In this document: positions 37,336 to 50,592 of the stretch, one piece after another
How positions within the stretch are numbered: the first letter of the stretch is position 1
Layout of the letters: every line of letters begins with the position of its first letter
Assembly: GCA_043228905.1 (NCBI GenBank)
Contig: JBHGNT010000006.1
Coordinates: 13,702,001 to 13,766,000 of the forward strand
From: Azolla caroliniana
Lineage: Eukaryota; Plantae; Polypodiophyta
DNA length: 64,000 nt
Reading direction: 5' to 3'
Translations under genes and position numbers: made by a program
Notes under the pieces: model-generated
Told to the model about the DNA's origin: nothing
What the model saw: only the letters and a program-made list of their open reading frames with translations
Database searches by the model: none

Positions 37336-38911
37336 GTGAAGTGTTTCGGAATGGACACTCTGTGTTTGAGGCTAAGTCCATCCAAGAGTAAACACAACTT
37401 TGGCGATCACTAAGGAGACCCCCCTTTAGAGAAGAAGTTGAAGAAGGATATGTCGCGGAAGTATGTGTGAGAAAGGGAGACAATATGTGCGAGTATGTGA
37501 GAAGTGACAATGTGCAAGAAACGATAGTATGTGATTTGTGCAAGAGCGGGGAATACAAACGACAACGTGCAACAAGTGTGACGATGATATGCAAGAATAG
37601 CAGGGAAATGGTAGATTGATTGCCTACACGATTCTTTAACAAATTACTGAGGAAGTTGTTCGAGGACTCAGAAGATGAAGATTATGTTCGAGGACATAGA
37701 AGATGAGATTTATGTTGTTATTATAACAAATACACTAAAAAACGAATAGAAACGATTCAAATGGACAGAAAATGGAAAGACATTGGTTTGATGAACAGGC
37801 CGGATGGACAAACACGAACGGAGACACCGTCAACAACGAACAAGTGACAAGACAATGATGAAGAACATAGATGGAGTGGTCGAAATAGCTAGACAATGAT
37901 CGTAACGGGACCTGAACGACGGCCAAAGAGTGACTGGAGTGGTCGGACAACATCTGGAACGACTGAATAGCGGTTGGCACGATAGCGGCCGCTCGACAAC
38001 CGACGGCCAAAATGGTGATGATGCCGAAATGATGGGCCAGACAGCCGGAAAGACAACACCAATGCCGAAAAACGATGGACGGAGAGAGCTGTCCGACATC
38101 AATGGTCAGACGACAACCGGATGATGACTGAACAGAGTGGCCAAGCGACGGACCTTGGCCAAAACAAAGGGCCGACTGTAGACGAGCCAGACAGAGGCCG
38201 AATTGTGGAAAGTGGTAGAAAAGCAGTGACAACCAGAGCGGTAGCCGACCGAAATGGCCGGAGATGGGAGCAATCAGACAACAGTCGAACCGACTACCGG
38301 AAAATCGGTCAGATGGACCAAAAGACACAGACGGTTGTGTCCTTCCAATTCTTTGTCTTCGTTTGACCGTTGGTTTGTTTTTCCGGTCATTTGTCGTTGT
38401 TTTCTCCATTCTGTCTCTGTCGTCACTATCTCCATCTCCCACGTTGTTTGTCGCCTTCCGGTCCATCCCGACTGCCTGTCCAACCACATGTTTCCGGCGC
38501 CTCCATCTATGTGCTTGGACATTGTCCGGTCGTTGGTTGTTTGGCCACCGCGGTTGTTGAGGGTTTTTGGCCGCCTCTGTGCATTCTGGTCGTCGCTTTG
38601 TCCGCTTGTGTCTCCTTCTCTATATACATTGCCCTTCCTGCTGGCTTTCTTTTACCGATTCCGGTCTCGTCTATCTCTGCGTTTCTTCCTCTAGAACGAG
38701 CTCTAGTGCATTCTCAACACTCTCTACTGGCCTCCACTCCACACACTTCTTCTTCCTCCGCAATCTCCTGATCTTTCCGGTCGTGCTGGCACCGGTTCAC
38801 TCTATGTTACTTGTATCCAGAGTTTCTTTGCCGGTTCCTTCTCCGTCGTTGTTTGTCCAGCCATGCATCTTGCACCACGCTTTCGGAAACACACACATTG
38901 TCACTAACCAT
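37336..38911. repeat. Dispersed non-coding repeat (probably LTR-retrotransposon derived); second copy at 42191-43701 plus 59725-59802
   Basis: Colinear similarity over about 1.5 kb, e.g. GGTGAAGTGTT.CGGAATGGACAC...CACACATTGTCACTAACCAT. Confidence 0.85.
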
Positions 38912-39924
38912 TGTTGTCCATAGGTGTTGTCCGCCGGACCTAATGCTTAAACGAATAGAATATATTATTAGAAGCATTAAAGAAAGGCATGTAACGGTTC
39001 ACCCTAGGAGCGTAACAGACTAAAAGCCCTGGGTATATAAAGGGCGGAAATCCTTTGTAAAGAGCTAGCGTGTATTTTGAGATCTACCTTCTGTAATACA
39101 ATACTATCTTCTCTTATTCCCTTGCCTGTGCAAATCGTCTACTAATTCAGTGTAGTACTCTGTTGGTAATTGTAGGCTAGTAAGCGTGCATATGAGATCA
39201 CGCACTGGTGAGCTTTGGTTGTAGGCGTCTCCTTTCACACTCGACGATACGCTTTGCTTTGTAAGCCTATTACAATTCACGCACATATAGATCTATTCCT
39301 TGCACCGCAATCACCTTGAAGTCTACCTCAATGGATTTGGCAGCAATCACAACCTTCGACCAGCTACAATCGGCGTTCTTGCGTTGTTTTCATCGGAAGG
39401 TGCCACAACGTGAAATAATCGGGCAATTCTATACCATCAAGAAACTTCCTAGAGAATCCGTAGCGGATTTTAGTCTACGGCGGAACCTTACACGGGCCCC
39501 GATAGATGAAGAGGCCAAGGAAACGTTCTTGGCAGCTCTAAGATGACCTATCCGGACGACGCTGAACACACACAGTGTGAAAGGGGAGACAGCTGACATG
39601 GTCATCGAGTGAGCATTACAACTCGAATTAGAGGAAGAAGATGAGGGACTGTCCACGACATCGTTACGACAGGCGTTGCCTGAGGAAGAGCATTGATTTT
39701 GCTAGGCCATTTAGTGTACCGTCTGTTTAAACTCTGGACATTCTACGGTCGAATGTAACATGTGAATACATTGCCCCATTTGCCATTCACGGGCACACAC
39801 GATGGACCAATGCAAGTATAATATGCTAAACAGGCCCACACCCGTAGTACGTCGTATGGAGCCACAACAGTAATCTCGTAGGAATGATTCAGGACGACTG
39901 GAAGAACGTCCCCGGTATACAGAC
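38912..39924 (+). mobile_element. Athila-like gypsy LTR (type B) fused by deletion to a gag fragment
   Basis: LTR matches 59803-60220. Junction at about 39330 leads into gag (MDLAAITTFDQL..FHRKVPQREI) and double zinc knuckle (CTVC...H...C..CPICH). Confidence 0.8.
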
Positions 39925-39926
39925 AT

Positions 39927-40100
39927 TGGTTGGTGCCCTTTTGGGACAAACTCAATACATTTTATTGAGTTGTTGCACAAACTCGACACATTGAATCGAG
40001 TTTGTGCAACAGCTCGATACATTGTCTCGAGTTGGTGCCCTTTTGGGACAAACTCGATACAATGTAACGAGTAGATGCACTTTTGTGCACCGACTTGTTA
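39927..40100. repeat. Cluster of short palindromic and direct repeats
   Basis: GTTGGTGCCCTTTTGGGACAAACTC occurs twice (39929 and 40032). A 20-bp-arm hairpin at 39967-39986 and 39996-40015, plus repeated AAACTCGAT/CAC. Confidence 0.85.
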
Positions 40101-40342
40101 CTTAGAGCGCACAATATAATGTAAATTAGTTCTTCTTGCCCCATTTTAGCGAAAATTTAATGAAACTAGACAGCTTTAAGAATTGAATATTAAGAGGATA
40201 TTATATAAATTTAAGCCTAAATTAAACATTTTCCCACTTTAATTAAGACTAAAATATACAATTTCTATGCTTTTAGATTATTAAACAATCTCTTTTGTAA
40301 AATTTTAATCTACTAATTATGCAATTTTCATCAATAACGCTA

Positions 40343-42190
40343 GGTCCACCGACCTTCACGAGGAACGTCCTATTAAGAAGATTCGAATTAAATATCAAAG
40401 CGCCCGAACTAAAACTGGAACACTTCTAGTTGTTACTTATCAAGCCAAAGAGAAAAAATTAATGTTCGAGGATGATGTGGTTCGCAAGCCTTCTGATGAA
40501 GTCAACCAGAAAAACATGGTGGCAATAGTTGGCGGCGAAAACTTGCCAAACAAATATTTCACGGACTATGAGTGGGCAATGGAGTACGTCAACTCAAAGA
40601 AGAAAGTGATACTTATAACTACTAGAGCTAAGGGTGATGCCCAACTTGCTAAAGACCGACCTTTCTTCTATAGACGTATATTGCGATTGGACTACGAAGA
40701 TCCTGATTCCCATAACCTTATATTATTAGTGGATTCAACAAAGGGTGTACGTAAAATGTACGTCTTAGAGGAAAGGCTAATCAAAGAAGCTTGCAGACCT
40801 GAGGCCTTCAAGTTGGCAATTGAGACTATGATCAACTTGATCGTGACTTTGCGACCATATAGACAAGGTCATGTGATGTTGAGAGAGCCATTCCCCTCTC
40901 CCATGATGGTAACACCCAAGAAAGCGCCCACACACTTGAGGCCTCTGAAGATGAACTTAGTGACACAAATGTAAGAGTCATCATCCTCAAGCTCTATAGA
41001 TGATGAGGCTCAGACAACACTAGGGACAAAATTAGCATCTGGTGTCTTGTCATCCAAGTAAAATATTATTAGAAGGGAGATAATTCAGAGGAAGCTTGTC
41101 CGTAAAGGCCATCATTTTAACCTCCCTATCACACATATCCATTGACAACCATTGGACGAGAGGAGTGGACGTCGCCCTCTTCAAATTAGAGAACCTCACA
41201 AGTTGCACGTCCAGAACCTTAAGAAGAAGATGAAGATCAATCCCCACGTGATAGTAGTACCATTCATTGTAATGGTTTATTTAGAGTAGTGTGCAACAAC
41301 GGAAGACTTCGATGTTCGAAAACACAATCAATATAACTACTTCGTCATCGGGGGATCACATTCAGCCGAAGGTAGAAGGTAACTCGTTAGAGAACACCCC
41401 ACAACATTCTTTTTCAAGTACGTTGAATGTAAAATATATGTGGGTCTACAGTTGAAGAGGGCAAGTTTTTAGCCTAGGATCACAACAATGACAATGATTA
41501 TAGACAAAAAAATGTCATTGATTGAGCGTTACATTAGGTTCTTCCACCATGAATATCTCGACATTAAGGAAAAATTTGGACCTAAGCTACATCCAGGTCT
41601 TCGATGTCAATGTCTTCATGAAGTTGGAATCATGGTTGACGACACCGTGAAGTCTAATGACATAAGAAAGTATGAGTTGTGGTTCTAGCTAGCTTTTAGA
41701 GATGGTGAAGTCTGGGATTTACAAGACCAGATTTTCACCATGTGGGAGAACAAAGAGGTCAAAGGTCAAAGGCAGAAAAAGTCTGAAGTGGATCCGCAAC
41801 TTGAGTTAAAGCCAAGTGAGGCGAAGAAGATTGACCTGACCATTGAGGAAGCAGCCGCCGACATGAAGTTGTCTCTATGGAGAGCGATTCAAGGAATTAA
41901 AGAGTGGCAACTTCTTGTGTTAGTCCTATCATGGGTCGTGGCGAAAGAGCTATTGCTTGAAGAAATGGTCATAGAATTCAAGAAGTATCTTTTTTTGGTG
42001 TGACATGTGTTCCCCTTTTATTTTTGTTAAGTTCTAAAATTTGCTTTTGTTTCTTTAGTCACAAGGTTTACATGAAAATCCAAGAGGTGATGATGAAACA
42101 ACTGGGTTGCTTATCCTCGGAACAAGTGATGGAGGACTATCCAACAATGTCTTTGTACAAGGCTTTGACGGAATATTTCATTGCGTTTAG
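40343..42190 (+). pseudogene. ParB/Srx-methyltransferase pseudogene, copy 2 (N-terminal half, 3'-truncated before the MTase domain)
   Basis: Colinear with 13924-14989 plus 21490-22045, and lacks the gypsy insertion (empty site ATGGT at about 41632). ParB-like segment at 41115-41490. Confidence 0.75.
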
Positions 42191-43977
42191 GGTGAAGTGT
42201 TCCGGAATGGACACTTTGTGTTTGAGGCTAAGTCCATCCCAGAGTAAACACAACTTTGGCGACCAATAAGGAGACCCGCCTTTGGAGAAGAAGTTGAAGA
42301 AGGATATGTCGCGGAAGTATGTGCGAGAAAGGGAGACAATATGTGTGAGCTTGCGAGAAGTGACAATGTGCAAGAAACAATAGAATGTGATGTGTGCAAG
42401 AGCGGGGAATCAAATCGATGATGTGCAACAAGTGTGACGATGATATGCAAGAAAAGCGTGGGAATGGTAGGTTGATTGCCTGCACGATTCTTTAACAAAT
42501 TACTGAGGAAGTTGTTTGAGGACTGAAAAGATGAAGATTATGTTCGAGGACATAAAGATGAAAATTATGTTGTTATTATAACAAATACACTAAAAAACGG
42601 ATAGAAACGACTCAAATGGACAGAAAATGGAAAGACATTGGTTTGATGAATAGGCCGGATGGACTGACACGAACAGAGACACCGTCAACAACGAACAAGT
42701 GACAAGACAATGACAAAGAACATAGATGGAGCGGTCGAAATAGCCAGACAATGATCGTAACGCGACTTGAACGGCGACCAAGCAGTGACTGGAGTGGTCG
42801 GACAACATCTGAAACAACTGAATAGAGGTTGGCATGACGGCGGCCGATCGACAACCGACGACCGGAATGGCGGTGACGCCGAAATGATAGGCCAGATAGC
42901 CGGAAAGACGTGGCCGGCCATCCGGAAAGACAACACCAACGCCAAAAAGCGACGGACGGAGAAAAGCAGTTGTCGGACATCAATGATCGGACGACAACCC
43001 CGATGGTGACTGAACAAAGCGGCCAAGCGACGGACCTCAGCCAAAACAGAGGGCTGACTGTAGATTGGCTAGATAGAGGCCGAACTGTGGAAAGTGGCAG
43101 AAAAGCAGCGACGACCAGAGCGGTAGCTGACCGAAATGGCTGGAGATGGGAGCAATTAGACAACAACCGAACCGACAACCAGAAAATCGGTCGGAACGGA
43201 CCAGAAGACATATATGGTTGTGTCCTTGTTCTTTGTCTTCGTCCAACCGTTGGTTTGTTTTTCCGGTCATTTGTCGTTGTTTTCACCGTTCTGTCTCTGT
43301 CGTCATTATCTCCATCTCCCATGTTGTTTGTCGCCTTCCGGTCCATTCCGACTGCCTATCCAGCCACATTTTTCCGGTGCCTCCATCTATGTGCTTGGAC
43401 ATTGTCCAATCATCGGTTGTTGAGGGTTTCTGGCTGCCTCTATGCATTCTGGTCATCACTTTGTCTGCTTGCGTCTCCTTCTCTATCTACATTACCCTTC
43501 GTGTTGGCTTTCTTTTACCGATTTTGGTCTCATCTATCTCTGCGTTTCTTCTTTTGGAACCATCTCTAGTGCATTCTCAAAACTTTCTACTGGCCTCCAC
43601 TCCACACACTTCTTATTCATCCGCAATCTCTTGATCTTTTCGGTCGTGCTGGCACCAGTTCACTCTGTGTTACTTGTATCCGGAGTTTCTTTGCCGGTTC
43701 TTGTTGTCCATTGGAATAGGAAGCGACGGACAGAAGCGCAGAAGCATTATAATATAGTAAAGCGTAAGAAACACATGTAACGGTTCACGCGGGAACCGTG
43801 AATGGCTAAAGGCCTTGTGTATATAGAGGGCAGAAATTCTCTATAAGAGGCAGTGTGTAATTTTGGTGCATAGAGCGTTTTCCTAATAGAATACTATCTT
43901 CTCTGATTTTTGTGCATATCTGTGGTTGTATCTTTTGTGTTCTTTGTTCTCTATTGCGTACTGTTAAGCGTAAGGGT

Positions 43978-46900
43978 TGTTGAGAAGCAACCTCAACAAA
44001 GGTATGTGATGCTTATTGAGAAATAAGCTATAGTAGCTATTAGCTAATTAGCTACTAATGGACATAAAGGTGAAACAACTATTTAGCTATGCACAACTAT
44101 TTAGTTACTGACAACTATTTAGCTACAGACAACTAATTAGCTACATATATAAGTCACTTATATACTTAGGTAAAAAGTAGTAAGTAGTAAGTAGTAAGAG
44201 AAGAGTGAGAGTAGTGCAAAGAGGAGAACAGGAAAACAAAAAATAGACAAGAGCGAGTTGAGCTGTGCGTGTAATGAAGTAGAAGCTTTTGGACTATACA
44301 AAGGTAAGTCTCTTTCCCCCTCCCTTTCTGTCTTGAGCACTAAACGATCCAACACATCATGATCCGCTGTGCACACCGAAGAGCCGTAGTGCCTTCGTAA
44401 CATGGTATTAGAGCAGAGTTGCTCATAAAGAAGAGTATAACAATGCACATATTTGAGAAGGTTATTTCTCTGTTTGTTGATTTGAATAAGAGAGTTACTT
44501 GTTGAAGTAATCGTAGCAAAATCCCAAATAGAAAGAGAAAATGGCTGTTGAGAATGCAAGCCAAATCGTTACAGAGAAATTAGATAAAAACAATTTCCCA
44601 GCGTGGAAATTTAGAATGACAAACTTCCTTATGGGGAAAGGATACTGGGATTATATTGAAGGAGACCTAGAAGAGGCTCCAGAGATCCTTGAAGAAAATG
44701 CATCTGCTGCATAGATTAAAGCATTTAAGGAATGGAACCAAGGGGCAAGAAAGGTATTGCATTGGTTGTCACTTAGCATCTCGGATTTGATGCTTGGACA
44801 CATACAAGATGCTATGCTTCCAAAAGAAGCTTGGGACAGTTTAGTAAAACTGTTTGCAGTGAATACAAAGGCAAGAAATCTTCAGTTGAAGACTGAGCTA
44901 AATACCTTGGAAAAGGTAAGATGTCAGTAAATGAGTATGCTCTGAAAATAAAGAGCATATGTGAATCACTTGCTTCTATCAATGTGAAGATAGAAGATGA
45001 TGATAAGGTGGAAATATGTTGAAGAGGCTTATGAACTCAATACAAGAGTTTCAAAACATCTATTCTCACAAGGGATAGTATCCCAAGTTTTCCAGATCTG
45101 GTTTCAATGCTTGTAGTGGAAGAAAGAAATTAGATGGATGATGTAAACAAAGGAAACTCAGAGAATGAGGGGCAAGCCCTCTACAATAGTGCTGGAAGAG
45201 GCCGAGGAAGAGGCCATGGAAGATTTGGTTCAGCTAGAACCAACAACAATAATTATCAAGGAAGAGGTCAACAAGCCATTAGTGTAAGAAACAACATCAC
45301 AGGCAGGGGGAGCAATCGAGGAAGAGGTAAGCAAACCTATTTGAATGATGACGGTTGTTGGTATTGTGGAAAACCAAGCCACACATAGGCTGAATGCTAT
45401 AAAAAGCAAAATGATGAGAAAAGAGGGAAGAGACAACAAAATAATTATGCCTCAACTAGTGAAGATTGTGATAAAGATGGTGCATTTGTGATGCAACATG
45501 AAACAACAGTAATGGCTGAATGTTCACAGAGATGTAATGAAGAGTTTATGTGGTATGTAGACTTTGGGGCATCTACTCATATGACAGGACATAAAAACTG
45601 GTTTGAAAGTCTAAGAGAACCAGAGATTCCTGGTTATGTATAGATAGGTGATAATACTACTCACCAAATAGAGCATGTTGGAGATATCCCATTGTGGGAA
45701 GAAAAAGGAAAAACAAAGTATATGCTGAATGTGATGCATGTTCCAAACCTTGCAAAAAATTTGATTTCTGTTGGATAGATAGTAGAGCAAGGAATGCAAG
45801 TGAAGTTTAAGCAAAGTGGATGCTTCATAGAGAAAAATGGAAAGCTCATTGCAAAAGGAAAACGAGAAGGAAGGATGTTTGTGTTAGATGTGGATATGCC
45901 TAGGAAGATTACAACCATGTTTATAGAAGGTATGAGTGTAATCTTAGAAGTGGAAATGTGGCATAAAAGAATCGGTCACATAAGTATGTAAACATTGAAA
46001 AATATGTTGAGGAAAGATGCAGTTGCTGGATTGCCTAAGCTCAAAGACTGTGAGATGGGAAAAGTATGTGAAGCATGTCAATATGGAAAGCAAAACAGGT
46101 TGCCTTTCCCTCATGAAAGACATGTAAGCCAAAATTTGTTGGATTTGGTACATACAGATGTATGGGAACCAACAAAAAATGCATCAATTAGTGGATGTAA
46201 GTTTTATGTAACTTTCATTGATGATTGCTCAAGAAAAACATGGGTTTACTTCATGAAAGAAAAAAATGAAGTATTTGATTGCTTTCGTAAGTTTAAATGT
46301 ATGGTGGAAAAGCAAGCTGGAACTAAAATAAAGTGCCTAAGATGTGATGGAGGAGGAGAATACTTGTCAAATGATTTTTCTGATTTTCTATGTAATCAAA
46401 GGATAAGGAGACAATTCACATGTAGATATACTCCACAGCAAAATGGAGTTGCTGAGAGAAAAAACAGAACTCTGGTGAACATAGCAAGAGCCATGATGAC
46501 AGAAAAAAATATGTCATTGTATTACTGGGCAGAAGCTGTAAACACAACAAACTACATTCTAAATAGGTGTATAACATCTAGAGTACATGAGGTAACTCTT
46601 GAAGAATGTTTCTATGGAAGGAAACCTAGCTTAGGACACTTGAAAGTGTTTGGATGCCTTGCCTATGTCCATGTACCTGCTGAAGTGAGAAGTAAGCTTG
46701 ATCCAAAAGCTGAAAAATGTATTTTTGTTGGATATTCAGAGGAGCAAAAAGGGTATAGATGCTATAACCCTTTGACAAAAAAGATTGTGGTAAGTCGGGA
46801 TGTAATATTTGATGAGTTGGGCAGCTGGTACAACACCCAAAACAAAATGTAGAAACTGATGAAGACTGTGAAAATGAAGACACGGATAAATCTGAAAATG

Positions 46901-49867
46901 TAAGAGATGACCACAGAGATGGAAACAATGTTGGACAACAAAGTTCCACATCAATGGAATGTACTGGACCATCTGGAAGCTCAGGTAGTAAATCTGAATC
47001 TAATGTTGGGATATGTCCCTCCAGTGGGAGGAAGATCCGACCATCCGGAAAGCCGACAGTCGAGGAGCCGAGTTGATGAGCGACTCGGCTGAGGCCAATA
47101 GGCCTCGGCCGAAACCGGAATCGTATAAATAGCCAACTCGGGAGACTATACTTGTAAATAGTCTAAGTGTGCGCTCCACGAGGGCTATGTATGTAAATAA
47201 CCAGGAAGTTGCGTAAATACATATGCGACTAGGGCAAACTTTTAGTTTGTGTGTTAGTGAGACGAATAGTGTAAGAGAACGAGTGAGAGTGTAAGAGAGA
47301 GAAGCGTGAGTTGCGCCATAACTATGTGAGTAACAACAGACGTGAAGAGCCCTGTGCGGCTGATACACTCGACAGAGTGTTGTATTCCTCTCGGTGTTGT
47401 ATATCCACTTTGTATAGTGAAGAAATCTGTTCACCCGTGGTTTTCCCCGTTTTAGGGTTTCCACGTAAATCTGTGTGCACCATTGTTCATCTTGTTTTTT
47501 TTCTTTGGCATATTTCTGTGATTCGTATTTTAGCAGTGTCTGTTCATTGTGATTCATCGAATGCATGGAGTGGAAAAAATGCAAGACAGAAAAAATATGA
47601 TGATAAAAAGGGAAAACAGAAAATACCAGAATATGAAATGCTTGATGATGGGTCTAGAAACATGGAAGATGTAGATTTAGATACATCATTGGATGATGAG
47701 CTTGGTATAGGATCCCTGAAAATCGCTGGTATGGAGAGGGCAATGAAGGATGCAAATAAAAAATTGAGAAGATCAGATAGAGAGAAAAAGACTGTTGAAA
47801 GATTTGGCTATGACACATATATGGCTATGCATTATGCATACATGTCTAAAGTGGTACAAATCCTTGACCCAAACAACTTTGATGAAGCAAAAGTTGAGAA
47901 AAAATGGGTGAATGCAATGCAAGAAGAGATTGATGCATTGGCTGAAAACAGAACATGGGATTTAGTGAAGTTACCAAAAGGAAAAAATGTGGTAGGTTGC
48001 AAATGGGTCTAGAAGACAAAGCATGATTCAAATGTAAATGTTAGTAGACATAAAGCAAGACTTGTTGCAAAGGGATATGCCCACATGCAAGGAATTGATT
48101 ATGATGAAACATTTGTACCGGTTGCAAAGATGGCAACCTTGAGAACACTACTTGCTGTGAGTGCAACCAAATGATGGATTCTGCACCATATGGATGTAAA
48201 AAATGCCTTTTTACATGGTAACTTAGAAGAAGAATTGTATATGTGTCAACCGCCAGGTTTTGAAGATAGGAAGCATCCTGAATATGTATGTAGGCTGAAA
48301 AAGGCTCTCTATGGATTGAAACAAGCACCAAGGGCATGGAATAAAGAACTTTTAGAATCTCTGAAAACATTTGCCTTCAAAATGTCAAAAGCTGATCCAT
48401 CATTATATGTAAAGAAGATAAATGATTGCATTGTTGTGATCTTGATATATGTTGATGATCTAATCATTGGAGGTGATTCTATGGAAGAGATAAGTAAGTT
48501 GAAGAAAAATCTGGAAATGCAATTTCAGATGAAAGATTTGGGAGAGCTGAGATACTTTCTTGGCATTGAGATGATCAGATCTGAGAGTGGTATATATATG
48601 TTGCAAAAACAGTATGCAACAACTATGTTGAAGAAGTATGGTATGCTTGGATGCAAACCTATTGGTATACCACTAGATAAGAACTGCAAATTGAGGGCTG
48701 ATTTGGGAGCCAAAATAGAAGATGTAAACATGTACAGGTCTATGGTGGGCAACCTCATATATTTGACCATAACAAGACCTGATTTGAGTTATGTTGTTGG
48801 ATTAGTCAGTCAATTTATGCAACAACCAACAAAGCCACATTTGGACTACATAAGAAGAATTTTGAGGTATGTAAAAGCTACTCAAAATTATGGACTGTTT
48901 TATAGGGTTGATCTGGACATAAAGCTAGAAGGATATACAGATGTTGATTGGGCTGGAAGCCAAACTGACAGAAGATCCACAAGTGGATATATGTTTACAT
49001 TGGGAAGTGCAGCTATTTCATGGAGTAGCAAGACACAAGCTATTGTTGCATTGTCAAGTACTGAAGCTAAGTATAGAGGAGCTGCAATAACTACCTGTGA
49101 AGAGGTATGGATCATAAGATTGCTTTCTGATTTGGGAGAATATATAGATGATGCTGTCACAATTTGGTGTGACAATATGAGCAGCATTCAGCTGGCAAAA
49201 AACCCAGTGTTCCATGCAAGAACAAAGCAAATTGAAGTGCATTATCACTTTGTTAGAGAAAAAGTGATTGATTGAGAAGTGGATTTGTTATATGCAAGTA
49301 CCAATAAGCAAGTTGCTGATATTCTTACGAAGGGATTGAGCATGGAAAAACATACACAGTTTAGAGACATGATGGGAGTTATAACCATTGGCATGGTAGC
49401 TGAAAAGCTTGAAGGAAAGAAGATTGAAGATAACTTCAAGAAGGGATAAGTTGAGGTTGAGGGGGAGTGTTGATAAGCAAGCTCAACAAAGGTATGTGAT
49501 GCTTATTGAGAAATAAGCTATAATAGCTATTAGCTAATTAGCTACTAGTGGACATAAAGGTGAAACAACTATTTAGCTATTGACAACTATTTAGCTACTG
49601 ACAACTAATTAGCTGCATATATAAGTCACTTATATACTTAGGTAAAAAGTAGTAAGTAGTAAGAGAAGAGTGAGAGTAGTGCAGAGAAGAGAACAGAAAA
49701 ACAGAAAATAGACAAGAGCGAGTTGAGCTCTACGTGTAATGAAGTAGAAGCTTTTGGATTGTGCAAAGGTTAGTCTCTTTCCCCCTCCCTTTCTGTCTTG
49801 AGCACTAAATGATCCAGCACTTCACGATCCGCTGTGCACACAGAAGAGCCGTAGTGCCTTCGTAACA
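43978..49867 (+). mobile_element. Full-length, decayed Ty1/copia element with TSD AGGGT
   Basis: LTRs at 43978-44402 and 49468-49867 (TGTTGA...GTAACA), PBS TGGTATTAGAGC, PPT TTGAGGGGGAG. Gag, CWYCGKPSH, IN (ORF 45995-46852) and RT/RH (ORF 48190-49275: MDVKNAFLHG, YVDDL). Confidence 0.97.
47004..47556 (+). mobile_element. Solo LTR (copia Tork-like) inside the copia IN-RT linker
   Basis: TGTTGGG...GATTCA, TSD TCTAA/TCGAA. Removal restores the frame KSESNAWSGK. CCCGTGGTTTTCCC..GGGTTTCCACGTAAA motif resembles the 9250 LTR. Confidence 0.85.
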
Positions 49868-50592
49868 AGGGTGTAGGCGTAAGTGCGGATACTAGTGCAC
49901 TTCCTAAGGAGTTTGGTTGTAGCCGTCTCCCTTATACGCTACTAGGATATGAGGGAGTATCCCATTACGTATTACAGTACGACGGTAGCATTCCTTGCAA
50001 CACAGTCACCTTGAGGTCTATGGCGAAGGACTGACCGTAGATAGTGTTCCTAATCGGTAACATGTTTGGCACGCTTGGTGATCTGTGTCACGACAAGACC
50101 GACCAATCACAAGGTCCATCACAACGCCAGGCAGAGGAACACGCAAGGAAAAAACCTCGCCTCAATGATATCTGTCGGGACCACAAAGTCGACTTCCCGC
50201 TCACCAAATACTGCGGCGACACGCAAAAAGTTCTGTCACCACACAACTACTGTGGTCTTCCCCTGCCCGCTGTAGCATCCAACATGGCCTTCTCCTATCC
50301 CCGCTTCAACGGCGAAACAGACGCCGCAACCCACATTCGCCTGTTCCTGAATGTTTGGAATGCGAATCACATGGCGCAGAGACTTCCAGAAGAGGTAGCA
50401 CACCAGTCCAAAATGATAGAGTTTGGATTAACTCTTGATGGTAGAGCTACGTTTTGGCATTCGCAGATGGATCTGCTAGCAATCACGACCTTTGACCAGT
50501 TGTACTCAGCCTGTTTGCGTTTCTTTCATCGGAGGGTGCCGCAACGCGAAATCCTCGGGTAGTTCTATACAATCAAACAGTTGCCAGCCGAG

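Noticed and set aside
37735-38923. Dense overlapping long ORFs on both strands (also 42612-43780)
   Set aside because: No recognisable domains, and frames are not conserved between the two repeat copies; explained by stop-poor composition.
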